Shown here in pieces: positions 50,279 to 62,793 of a stretch of DNA of 64,000 nucleotides (position 1 is the first letter of the stretch; each line of letters begins with the position of its first letter). Made by a program: the position numbers and the translations under genes. The notes under the pieces are model-generated. The model was not told the origin of the DNA. It did no database searches and saw only the letters and a list, made by a program, of their open reading frames with translations. Source of the DNA: Sphyrna mokarran. Taxonomy: Eukaryota. Location of the stretch: positions 77,562,001-77,626,000 of the forward strand of contig JAGIQG010000015.1 in assembly GCA_024679065.1 (NCBI GenBank). Direction: 5' to 3'.

Positions 50279-50542
50279 GTAAGGCCAGTCTAATCCTTCC
50301 ATTACCCTCAGTGTAGCGTCATTACTCTGTCTATCCTTCACATCCACTTCACCTGTCATGTCCCACCATCACAGGGTCTTCCTCTCTGCCTGCTGCCTGC
50401 CTTGCCTGTCTTCTTTGCACCCACGGGGAAACAAATCCTTCAGACAAGAGATTTGTGAGGAGTTTATCCACCCCACGGATCCTAAAATACAAAAAAAAAT
50501 TCTAAGGGATCTTTTTCACTATCAAGCAGTCGACCTTGCTGA

Positions 50543-50638
<96 letters not shown>

Positions 50639-50769
50639 CCTCCATCTAGTTAACCAATCGCAAAGCACGGGGGAAGTAAGTACGATCAGGCTGTTTATTC
50701 TGTCTGTTACTGTAGTGCAATTTTTTTTAAAATTCCCCCCCCGCTCCAATTTTTTTTCCCCTCCTTGCC

Positions 50770-51180
50770 CCTATTTGCATGCTATTCCAATAAAGGGCCA
50801 GTTGTAATGATTTATCGCATGACATTTGACACCATTTCGCAAGCTGCAAAAGGTCAGCTAACTAATTTACAGTATACAGAGCAAATTAGGTCTGGAGTAA
50901 TTCTGTTTAATTATGAAGCTTTAAGAATCAAACTCAAGCAGCAAATGAACAATTGGGACATTTAAGGGAAAAGAAACATCTTCAGGGCAGCAATTGACTT
51001 GAGAGAAATTAACCAGGCTTCATGAAGCGATAAAAACGAGAAGTGAGACTGTCCTTTGAGTGACATAAATCTGTCAGGAAACGATTGATGCATGAATGAT
51101 CTTATATGCAAAAATGAAATGTTGCAGTTGGCAATCTGCAGCTGAGATAGATGGCGATATATGGTGATACAGTGCATTCC
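50770..51180. promoter_or_regulatory. Candidate highly conserved element in the last intron
   Basis: Repeat-free and motif-dense: ATTTGCAT (50773), CCAATAAA (50787), TGATTTAT (50808), TGACA cores, CTGTCA (51071). Confidence 0.55.
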
Positions 51181-52978
51181 GCAACTGGGAGCCCCCTCCC
51201 CAACCCCCAACCCCACGGCTGAAAGTATATCCATTGCCTCCTGTATGAGACGAAAATAAAAAGAAAAGAAAATGTAAAACTAAACAGTAACAGACATTAT
51301 GAGATGACTAAAAGTGAAGGAATGGAATCAGCAGAGAAGCCGATTGGCTGCAGTCTAAATAATCCATCAATTGGAGTGTGTCCAATGTATGCGATGTTTC
51401 AGGAATTCAGATACAGCAAACAGCAATACATCACATCACTGAAGCATCGGAGCATGAGGTTTTATTTAATAACCGAAACTCTTTGCTACCATTGAGCTTA
51501 ATGCTTACATTTGAGAAAGAATGGCAGACTATTTCATTATTAAATCATCTTCAATCCTTTTGTACTCAAAGTTGTATATCCTACCCACAAAAAATGACTT
51601 TCCCGGCAGTCACTTAATGCCACTGGATTGTTTCAGATTATTTAAAATGATGGTTATAGTTTTGTGAGAGATCTTTATGGGGAGTTGCCTTAGTACATTA
51701 GTGACGGACTCAATATCTTCCTTTCGATGCCAATGCAGTCAAATAAATGTTAAAAGCAGTGTTCCCTAAAACTGTCATTGAGACAACATTTTCTCAGCTT
51801 GGATAATTCTTAATATAGGCCATATAATTTCTGGCCTATTTAATTACATAACATATTTTATGCTTCATAACCAATTACATTAATGGCTTAATACAGATAA
51901 TATTATCCTCCTTTTATTTGATTATGGAGCCACACAATATGGTATATTTGGTACTTAATTATCATCATCCAGTGAGCGTGCCGCTGTGCTGGAATAAACA
52001 GAGTAGAGTTAGACTTATTACACAGTGCAGACAGTATTATTGTCTCAGTATGGTTTTACCACCGTGGTTACTAATGTACTGCTGATCTACTTAAAACAAT
52101 GACAACGGCTTACAGGTCTTTAGATTACTAGCTTACCGTGTCACTAAAAACTGTTCAGCAATTAGGTAGGTAAGTGCTAGTGGATGAATGGAGTTAAAAT
52201 TAATTCACTCTAATTTAGCTCTCTGCATTGTAAACCATATTGAGTTATTTTGTATTGAAATTAGTTCTAGTCAGATGGATGGAATCAATGATCTGATTAA
52301 TATTTACTGGCCTTTCCCAATAAAAGCCCACATGCCACGTTCTTAGAGCAACAGGTACCCCCTGACCCTCTTCTTTCCCTTTTCTGCTTCGAGTTTCAGC
52401 TTTGTATGAGCAGAGTGTCCCACGACAGCTGTAAAAAAAGAACCATAAAACGCCTTGAGAAGCATTCTCCCATTTTACCTGAAAAGACTATTAATTTTAT
52501 GCACTTTTCTTTACCTGGATAAACTGTACGCTGTGTGTGAAAGGGAGAGATCTCATCGCATCAGATTTCTTGCATATAGATGTCTTCTTGGTCCCTTGCC
52601 ATATTTCTTTTAACAATATCTTCTCTAGTTCTACTTAATCTTTAGTTTTTTTTTCTATCGGGCTCTGTATTCTCTTTGCCTGAAACTTGATCTTTTTTCT
52701 TTCATGAACCGATGTATCTCCTGTGACCTATGAGTAAGATTGAACGCATGGTTATTGAATTAATCACTGTGACTAGTGCCTTTGATTTATAATTATGAAA
52801 TATCTGCAAATATGTAATAGCACTTATCCATCAATAATACTGTAACTCTATCTGCACAGAGATAAATGTGCCGACCATATAAGAAAACCACTAATGAGAC
52901 ATAAGAATAAGCTCTTAAGGAATGCATTTTCTTTTGAAAATATTAACACATTGTAATAGTTTGTTCTTGTCTTTTCAG

Positions 52979-53265
52979 GTTTACAAGGCATGCCAGGGGA
53001 CTATGTATCTCAGGGTGGTCCTATGGGTATGAGTATGGCACAGTCAAGTTACACTCCTCCCCAGATGACCCCACACCCTGCCCAGTTAAGACACGGACCC
53101 CCAATGCATTCCTATCTCCCGAGTCATCCACATCACCCAGCCATGATGATGCATGGAGGACCTGCACCTCACCCTGGAATGCCAATGTCAGCACAAAGCC
53201 CCACAATGTTAAATCCTGTAGATCCCAATGTGGGGGGACAGATTATGGACATCCACGCCCAATAG
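52979..53265 (+). CDS. MEIS2: MEIS2 terminal exon, coding part (long Met/Pro/His-rich C-terminus ending DIHAQ*)
   Basis: Acceptor cttttcag|g. Reads (G)LQGMPGDYVSQGGPMGMSMAQ...GGQIMDIHAQ*. ORF track 52990..53265. Confidence 0.98.
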
Positions 53266-54365
53266 TATAAGGGAAAAATAAATGAGAAAAATTGTAAGAC
53301 TTTTAAACTTTGAACAGATGTTGACACTTAATGGAATTCCAGATGAGCTGTGATTTTGTTTTCACTCAATGCCAGCAGAGGACCAATGGCAAGACCAGGC
53401 TAACATGAAGCCAAAAGCTTTCTTCACCTGAAATTAACTCCAATGTAAAGTTCCTCTGGAAACAAAGACTGAAAGATTTATTACTACTGTAGCATAAATA
53501 TAGGAACTAAGTTAACTTGTACATTTCTGTTGATCACTCTATTTCTGTTGCTTCCAATAGTTTTTAGAAAGAAAGTTATCCTTTTTCCACACTATGTGTG
53601 TTGTTCTCAAAATGGTTGTCCTTGTACAGCAAATGGAGCCACATTTCAGACCAGATTGCCCAAGTCCAGCCAACTTGCCATAGAGGAAGAAGCTAAGATG
53701 GAGACTTTTTTTGGGATACGGCCACAGGCGCGAGGTTTTAAGAATGCACTAACATACCTGATTTTCTGGAACAATGCAGCCTGTAGCAACAAATCTGACT
53801 TGGTCCATGTGAAGGGGCCTATGTCTGATCATGCTTCTGGATTGACTCTTCTTCAAAGAGCTTGTTGACGGGAACCTGAGGACGTTTTAGCAGCTTCCTG
53901 CTATGCCTGTGGGGCACAGCATTGAGAAAATGTTGTCACACAAAACAACTCCGAAAGCTCTTGGGCAGACTTTTCTTAATGAAATTTGCTTTTTGCTGGT
54001 CTTGCACCAAAATAGAGACCTTTTTAAATGAACTCAAACTGCTTGGAACAAGCAATGACAAAACAAATCCTGTAACATACCTGGTACAGAGAGTTCAGTA
54101 TATTAATTGTTACATGTTAGATATCTATGTGTTTACCTCAATGAGAAATAACGAATGTTTTGCTAGTATCAAATCTGCTGTGGAATTGGTATTGTATGTC
54201 AATGAATTCCTTATTCTTATCAGCACGTTGTCACAAGAGGAAAATGCTGTTTCCCCTTGCGAGCTTTGTCAGATTACAATAATACTTGTATGAGGACTGT
54301 GACGTATGTTTAAAAGGTGTTCAGTCACAAAATGCCGTAATAAATATTTCATTTTTAGATTTTTT
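53266..54365 (+). other. MEIS2: MEIS2 3' UTR (end approximate)
   Basis: Repeat-free sequence from the stop codon to an AATAAA that is followed by a U-rich tract. Confidence 0.8.
54339..54344 (+). terminator. Polyadenylation signal AATAAA
   Basis: gtAATAAAtatttcatttttagatttttttctgttt, i.e. the hexamer plus downstream U/GU-rich sequence. Confidence 0.75.
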
Positions 54366-57300
54366 TCTGTTTGATAACACACCTGTAATTGCTTCAACTT
54401 TCTTGGGATTTAAAAACAGATTCCTCCAGAAATGTCTGCAGCTAAAGATTTTGATTTTTTTTCTTCTTGTTGGTTAGTTCAGTCCTGTACAGTTCACATT
54501 TAATCAATCCATTGAGATGTGAAGTTTTATATTTGATCCCAGACCACCGAGTGATATTTGAAAGATGTGGTTCTTTGTCACTTCTTCAGATGTGGCCATT
54601 AATTTAAACAAAAGCAGGAGAATTTTTTTTATTTTTTTTTTCCTTTCTGTAGCATGAACAGAAAAGCACCTGGAAACTATAAGCTCAAAGGAAGGGAAGC
54701 GTGTGGAGTATTTTAACAGCGTTAGGGGAAAAAAAAACAGGGTAACTTCTCTGCATAAAAAAATCTACATTGTACAGTGTTTTCAAACACCAACACTTAC
54801 CCAGAGAATGAGAAATCCGGCCTTTCGCGTGAACAACTTTATCAGTAGGTAATGAGTTTTAAATAAATTTGAAACATGATGAGCCACCATATCCAACTTT
54901 ACAAAATCTTTCTCTATCTGTGTCTCGTGATGTTTACATGCCTGCCAATGCCCAGAATTTGTGTTTTCACTGGTTTCAAACAGGCCAATGCCTCACACAG
55001 TTCTCTCCATTTCTACAGGACTCCCACCCAAACCAGCCTGTCAAGTAGCAGCTGATTTCAAACAAGTGTTTCTGATCTTTAAATCGACCAGCCTGAATTT
55101 TCCCAGAGTTTTTGCAAAGTCAGTATGGTGGCAGGATTGGTCAGGGGGCGGGGGGAGGGGGAATAAACCTATTTAATAGAAATGTGGAAAATCAGATTGG
55201 GCAGCATTTGAAGTGAGTTATATTGTATTTAAAATCCTGGAGGTTTCTCCTTTTTGTTTACAGAACTTCTTAATAAAAGTTTATTTAAAAAAAAGAGCCT
55301 GGGTTCATACCATTAGACTGTGTTATGTGCAGTGAGTAATGGATTGAAAGGTTCAGGCATGTTTCAGTATGTTGATCATTTGAACATGGAACATGTGTGT
55401 TGTACTATGAGAACCGAAGCGCTCCGAATACCAAACACTTGGATCATCTGAAGCGTTTAATGAGGATGTTTTTGGGGAACAGGTCTCACTTTCATCCACA
55501 GATGCATTTTCTCCGCATTGCTGTGGATAAATTGCAGCATCTGTTGCAAGTGTGGAAGGCGCTCGCTGCATTCTACGTCCAAACCTGGCTATTGTCAAGG
55601 GAGTTAAACTTTGATTCCAATATTCAAACTTAATAGTCGTTTTTTTTTGCCCTTCCATCTTTTCCTGGTCTCTTCCCAAAGCACTCACTCATTTTGATTG
55701 ACGAATTGCAGTTTGTCTCACCGCAGATCCCCCACTCAAATCCAAATTCCGAGGGACTGTATTTTTCCCCCAGTCACTCTGCTCCTTGAGAAAATGCAGC
55801 TGAGCACTTACATTGAGCTGAGCATGTTGAACTTTGTAACTTGCGCCTGGGTGCAGTACAGCGACTGTGAGTTTTCTACTGAATAAAGGGTTTGTGTCCT
55901 GCGTTAAAAAAAAGTTCTGGGAACTTTTTTTTTAAAAAAAATACTACTTGGAGAATATTCTTCCTATTAACCCGGGAATCCATGTGGACTTTTTTTTAAT
56001 TGACAACAATCGACATGAATCAGAAGATTGCGGGGGGGTTTTTTTTGGAGTGGGTTAAATACTTGTTATTAAACTCGAACAATACATTGTATTAGTTTTG
56101 TCCGTGTGTTCTTTAAGGTCGGATATTATTCGCCTGGTGAACATTCAGCTCTCTCCGCGGGATTGTTAGTTTGCGGTTGCAAAATGAGCAACTGGGTTGC
56201 AGTTTAAAACTGAAAAGGTTTCTTGACCCGTTGCGTTCGAATAACATCACAAAGAGCAATGATTCAAATCTAACGAGTTTTGTGCGAACCCCCCTCCCCC
56301 TTTTGTGTCCCTTTCAAACCTCGCTAACCCAATTCTTACAGGAATATAACCTGATATAATATCTGGGTTTCAACCCTCATTAAAATGAAGAGAGAGATTA
56401 CGAATTGTCCCTTGTAAACACCAAATTCAGGTTGCTTTAAGAAAATAAACCCCACATTAAGGAGAAGTCAAAAAAAAAGTGAGGCGGGGGAACGGTGTTT
56501 TGTGCTGACGGTGATAATATCCTTGCTTTGGTCACTGAAAAGTTTAGCTTAGATTTGCTATCGACTCCCCTGTTCAATGCATTCTTGGGGAAATTGATTA
56601 CAATGAAACAAACAGTTCCACTAAAGTAATTTAAGGGTGAAAATCTATAAAAAAAAATCAAAGCCCAACAAAAATTCCATTTGCATAATTGACAACTGCA
56701 AATGCAAAACTATATTTTTTATCGCAGTAAATAAGAGGGGGGGGGGAGAATCACAACAAGTCATCACATTTCTTTAGATTTGATTACTGGAGCCGGGGCT
56801 GGATAAATTACTGGCCAAATGAATGGCAAGACGGTGTATTTCTTTACACTGCGAACTCCTTTCGCATTGAATAATGTACTCAACATCAGCGAAGGCAAAA
56901 GTAGCAACATTTGAATGGTCCAGTTCTTCTTTCGAACATTTACACATTTTGGAATTTTTAACCAACCATTTTAGTTGTAAACATGTTACTATGGAGACTG
57001 CGTGTATCCCAGCCCCTAGAGCCCCAGTGTGGGTCAGAAAAAACGCCGCTATTTCTGGAGATCATTTATCACTGTCAGGAGATAATGATTCCCGCAGCAA
57101 CCTTCTATTGCCGTTTATAATTGCATTATCTCATATAGAATGATCAATGAAAACGGCAGCCAGGCTTGGGATCATTAGAAAACATTTCCAAACAAAAAAA
57201 AAACTTCCTGGACCCTTTTCAAAAAGTAGTTTTATTTTCTCCCCACTCTTCTCCAAACAGAAACTAACTCGATTTGAGTTCTTGCCTTTTTTTTAAGCCA

Positions 57301-60264
57301 CGGTCACCTTTTATTTTCGAAGCCTCGGGAAGGTTTACTGTTCCCGACGCCTGAAACACACAAAAAAAACCCCTCAAATAACTAATGTGAACAGGAGGGG
57401 GAAAAAACTAAAAAATGAATCAATTCGAATTGTGTTACTGTGTCTCTCGCGGAAGTTGTGACAAATTACTTGCGAACGCTTTCTGGGGATTCTTTGCTTT
57501 CAGTTCGTCCATCGCCAAGTGAATCAATGCAAATAATAAATGTCGGCAATGCTCTTGTCTCTGTCTGTGTTTACAAACAGCTCAAAACACATTCGGGGAT
57601 TTTGCTTTTGTATCTGCCAGGTTTGATTTGCTCATTTGTCTTGCGTTTTATATATTTTTTTGTCCGTTCTTTTGGTTTTTCTTTTATTTTTCAACCTTTC
57701 ATAACCTTCCAAAAATAAATTAACAAGTTAAAAAAAAAACGAACGCGATTTAACGAATCGTTTGATTTAATAACACTTCCAAATAAATGCGTCGCAATTA
57801 GGATCCGCACCCTAAACGTGTTTAAAGTGAGATTTTGCAACTCTTTATGTCTCTCTACAAAATTGCAGACGGAAAATTTACTTCCATCTTCCTGTGGTAA
57901 AACTGAATGAATATGGGAAGAGTGACAGACCTGGGTCTCTGTAAGTTTTTACAATTGTTGTGCAGTTAGTTACATGTAACACTATCAGAAACCGTTGGAT
58001 CAAAAGGAAAGTGGCAACGGGAGAATTGGGAAGGTTGACATTAATTTTTTTTAATGTCAAATCCAAATTTCAGCTTCCCCCCAGTTGATGTATTTTTTAA
58101 AAAAACAAATTCTTGACCCAATCTGTGGATGGGTGTGATATCTATTCAAGTTTTGCGGTGAAGATTTATCGTTTGGTAGGGTTTTTTTACTCTGCTCAGT
58201 GCGATGAAGCTTAGTTAATAGCTCCTGTTCGTGCCCCCCCCCCCCAACCTCCCGAATGTCTTTTATATCCGCTTTACGTATTTGTCTTTTTCTCACAAAA
58301 ACAAAGCTCACGTATTTTCCTGTATCGGTTTGGAAACAATATTCCGCTTAGAATATGAATCCGTCCGATTTTATTGAGGGAACGGCTAATATCGGGGTAT
58401 TGGGGATATTATAGTCACAGAATAGCGAATGATAAAGGGGAAAGTGCCAGTTAGAAGTGAGATGAAATGTAATATTATTAAATATATAAATATGAGCGAC
58501 GTCAATATATATCAGTCTATAAAGACGTCACCTTTTTTTCTGTGTAGGTAGTGCGTATAGTAACACCTAAAACCAGACAAGAAAACTTAGATCATCCACA
58601 CTCCTCATTGCAGGCTTGGGAAGAGCAGATCTGATTTTTAGCCATGCCTCCTCTTTCTCTTCTATCCACTGAAGAAAGCTTGAGTCACTTTTTTACCTAA
58701 CAGATTATATACACAGGCATTGTACACGACCTTGCGATAGGGATGTGAACAATATGAAGCAGCATGCCGGAGTTTGTAATTTACAATGAGCTATCACATT
58801 TGGGAACGGCGAGTTGGTTGGATTAAAAGGGGGGGATTCTATTCTTCACACTCTGGACAATCAGTGATTCACTGGGAAATCTGTACTTCTTAGCCACACA
58901 AAATCAGGTTCCTGGATCTCAACAAATCAGCTCTCAGTTCCGATCCAAATCTAGCATTTTATAAATATATATTGTGTATATAGAAAATAAGCCTCAGCAC
59001 AGTATTCCCGCAGGAAGCTCCCGAGAATTTCTTTGATTTTTGCACAATTATCCCCCGATGCATAACTGCGCACAGCCAGGGAGAGGTTAATTGTGAAATG
59101 AATCTTATTTATCATTTGTTTGCATGATTTTTTCCCCCCACCTTGAAAACGTTAAGATTTGCGGTTCGCGAAGATTCCGATTTGGAAAGCAAACTCGGGC
59201 AAGGAGAGAGAAACGAGCACCATCCAAACCCGTCCCTAAACTCTCTCCTTATTTGTGAATATCTCACACCCTTTCCTTTTCCTTGTTGCGGATGATTTTG
59301 TTATAAAAAAAGAAATGCAAATAAAATTAAAAATGCGCATCATTTTCCCATTAGCAATTTGATTTACAAATACGCTTGGCCAGTCAAAAAAAAAGTATGC
59401 GGCTTGATTTGCAGAATACTCACTATCAATATTATATGGACGATTGCAAAAAAAATTAAATTCTGTTGTAACAAGGAGAGGAACCGAGCTATTAGAAGCT
59501 CTGATTAATAACTAGCTGGATAATGTTCACAGCCTTTTCTGCCCGACTGCTTTTTGAATTAGAGACGCTACCACACTCTCCACAATGCCCATCTTGGAAA
59601 AGAATGAGTGACGGATATTGCCCCCACTCTCTCTCCTCCAATTTAATCATGTAAATATTCTAATTAGTAAATCACATTCGCTGAAGGCAAGACCATGAGA
59701 TCCTTTCTCCCAACGGCGGCCAAGTTTGAGCATTGCACCTAGCTTGGATAATAGGGAAGGGGTTTTTTTAAACAAAGGTATAAAAACTTGATAAAGTTCT
59801 TTCTCGGTGCTTTCGGGAATCTTGGTTATTTTTCAATCTACTGGACTTTAATTAGATGAGTGCCTCCAATAAATACCCCTTTTTTAAAATCTCCCCCACC
59901 CCCCACTCATTAGCTTCTCAGCACAGATCTTGTGGTGTTGGGGAGTTTAACATTGAACCAATTCTGTAACACACCAAAATAAAACACACCATCGCTCCGG
60001 GAGCCGCAGATAAATCGTGCGCGAACCAGCGGAACTAACAGGCGCAAAAATGTTGATAATTTATCCTTACGGATTGTTGCTATTTCGCACCAAAGCATTA
60101 ATATTTAACTCCCCTCTTCAAGAAGGAGGGGGGGGGGGAGTTATAAATATCCCGCGGGTAGTTCAGGGCTAATGTGGGTATTAATTGCATAAAGATTTCA
60201 TGCTAGCTGTAAGTAACTGTTGGATTGAGAAACCTTAATGCTGGCTGGAGTTGTCTGGGAGTGG

Positions 60265-62578
60265 GTGCAGTCTGTCTGTCTGTGCGGGTACTGTCTGTCT
60301 GGGTGAGCGGGTGATGTATGTCTGGCTGGCTGGTTGGGTGAGTGGGTGGGTGCTGTCTGGGTTATTGGGTGGTGTCTGGGTTAGTGGCTGGGTGGGTTGG
60401 TTGGTGTTGACTGGATGAATGAGTTAGTGGCTGGGTGAGTGGGTGATATCCAGATGAGTAGGTGCTGCTTGGGTGAATGGGTGGGCTAGTGGCTGGGTGA
60501 GTGAGTGGTTGCTCTCAGGGTGAGTGGGTGATGTTTGGGTGAGTCGGCCCTGCCTGTCTGGGTCCTGTCTGTCAGGTACAGTCTGGGTGCTGAGTGGGTG
60601 GCTGAATGACTGGGTGCTGTCTGTGTGGGTGCTTTCTGTCTGGGTGCTGGCTGGGTGGGTGAATGTCTGTCTGGGTGCTGTTTATCTGAGTCCTGTCTGG
60701 CTGGGTGCTGTCTAGGTCCTGTCTGGCTGGGTGCTGTTTGTCTGGGTCCTGTCTGTCTGCGTGCTGTTTGATTGGGTCCTGTCTGTCTGTCTGGGTCCTG
60801 TCTGTCTGGGTGCTGTTTGTCTGAGTCCTGTCTGTCTGAGTCCTGTCTGTCTGGGTCCTGTCCGGCTGGGTGCTGTTTGTCTGAGTCCTGTCTGGCTGGG
60901 TGCTGTCTGGCTGGGTGCTGTCTGTCTGGGTCCTGTCTGGCTGGGTGCTGTTTGTCTGGGTCCTGTTTGTCTGGGTCCTGTGGCTGGGTCCTGTCTGTCT
61001 GGGTGCTGTGTCTGAGTCCTGTCTGGCTGGGTGCTGTTTGTCTGGGTGCTGTTTGTCTGGGTGCTGTTGGTCTGGGTCCTGTCTGTCTGGGTCTGTTCTA
61101 GCTGGGTGCTGTCTGTCTGGGTCCTGTCTGTCTGGGTGCTGTTGGTCTGGGTCCTGTCTGTCTGGGTGCCGTTTGTCTGGGTCCTGTCTAGCTGGGTGCT
61201 GTTTGTCTGGGTCCTGTCTGTCTGGGTGCCGTTTGTCTGGGTCCTGTCTAGCTGGGTGCTGTTTGTCTGGGTCCTGTTTGGCTGGGTGCTGTTTGTCTGG
61301 GTCCTGTTTGTCTGGGTGCTGTTTGTCTGGGTGCTGTTTGTCTGGGTCCTGTTTGTCTGGGTGCTGTTTGTCTGGGTCCTGTTTGTCTGGGTCCTGTTTG
61401 TCTGGGTCCTGTTTGTCTGGGTCCTGTCTGTCTGGGTCCTGTTTGTCTGGGTCCTGTTTGTCTGGGTCCTGTCTGTCTGGGTCCTGTTTGTCTGGGTCCT
61501 GTTTGTCTGGGTGCTGTCGGTCTGGGTCCTGTCTGTCTGGGTCCTGTCTGTCTGGGTCCTGTCTGTCTGGGTCCTGTTTGTCTGGGTCCTGTCTGTCTGG
61601 GTCCTGTTTGTCTGGGTCCTGTTTGTCTGGGTCCTGTTTGTCTGGGTGCTGTTTGTCTGGGTCCTGTTTGTCTGGGTCCTGTCTGTCTGGGTCCTGTCTG
61701 TCTGTCTGGGTCCTGTCTGTCTGGGTCCTGTCTGTCTGGTCCTGTTTGTCTGCGTGTGTTTGTCTGGGTCCTTCTGTCTGGGTCCTGTTGTCTGGGTGCT
61801 GGTCTGTCGTTTGCTGGTCCCCGTCTGCTGGGTGTTTGTCTGGGTCCTGTTCTGGGTGCTGTGTCTGGGTCCTGTTTGTCTGGGTCCTGTTTGTCTGGGT
61901 CCTGTCTGTCTGGGTCCTGTTTGTCTGGGTGCGTTGGTCTGGGTCCTGTCTGTCTGGGTCCTGTTTGTCTGGGTGCTGTTGGTCTGGGTCCTGTTTTCTG
62001 GGTCTGTCTGGGTCCTGTCTGTCTGGGTCCTGTTTGTCTGGTCCTGTCTGGGTCCTGTTTGTCTGGGTCCTGTCTGGCTGGGTGCTGTTTGTCTGGGTCC
62101 TGTCTGGCTGGGTCCTGTTTGTCTGGGTCCTGTCTGTCTGGGTCCTGTCTGTCTGGGTCCTGTCTGTCTGGTCCTGTTTGTCTGGGTCCTGTCTGTCTGG
62201 GTCTGTTGTCTGGGTCCTGTCTGGCTGGTGCTGTTTGTCGGGTCCTGTCGGTCGGGTCCTGTCTGTCGGTCCTGTCTGTTGGGTCCTGTTGTCTGGGTCT
62301 GTCTGGCTGGGTGCTGTTTGTTGGGTCCTGTCTGGCTGGGTCCGTTTGTCTGGGTCCTGTCTGTCTGGGTCCTGTCTGTCTGGGTCCTGTTTGTCTGGGT
62401 CCGTCTGTTGTTGGCTGGGTGCTGTTTGTCTGGGTGCTGTCTGTCTGGTCTGTTTGTCTGGGTCCTGTCTGGCTGGGTCCTGTCTGGCTGGGTGCTGTTT
62501 GTCTGGCGTTGTCTGGGTGCTGTTTGTCTGGGTGCTGTCTGTCTGGGTCCTGTCTGTCTGGGTCCTGTCTGTCTGGGT
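60265..62578. repeat. 15-bp minisatellite (consensus GTCTGGGTCCTGTYT / GTCTGGGTGCTGTTT) with a degenerate TGGG-rich left flank
   Basis: Clear 15-nt periodicity from ~60700 to 62578 (roughly 125 units). The + strand is almost devoid of A. Confidence 0.97.
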
Positions 62579-62693
62579 GAGTAGCAGACAGACTGTGGCT
62601 ATGGTCAGAAAGGATGGAGCGACATCCGAGCGCCCCCAACAGGCTGAAACTGAGCGGCGGCCCCAACACGTGGGGGGCGAGCCCGAGACATCA

Positions 62694-62793
62694 CCCCCCC
62701 CCCCCCCCCCCCCGCCACTCTTCCTGCAGAATGTTTGTAATCAGGACAGCTTTAATCATCAATTATGTACACACACACACACACACACACACA
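62694..62793. repeat. Poly-C tract and (AC)n microsatellite
   Basis: Direct observation. Confidence 0.9.

Noticed and set aside
53530-54477. ORFs of 112, 123 and 63 aa after the MEIS2 stop
   Set aside because: They have mostly non-ATG starts and no recognisable homology, and lie in or just beyond the 3' UTR.
55904-55935. Hairpin resembling an intrinsic terminator (A8-gttc-tgg-gaac-T9)
   Set aside because: The stem is mostly homopolymer and expected by chance in A/T-run-rich DNA. Bacterial terminators are irrelevant here.
60700-62578. CRISPR array or immunoglobulin switch region
   Set aside because: There are no unique spacers, AGCT motifs are rare, and the context is a vertebrate MEIS2 locus.
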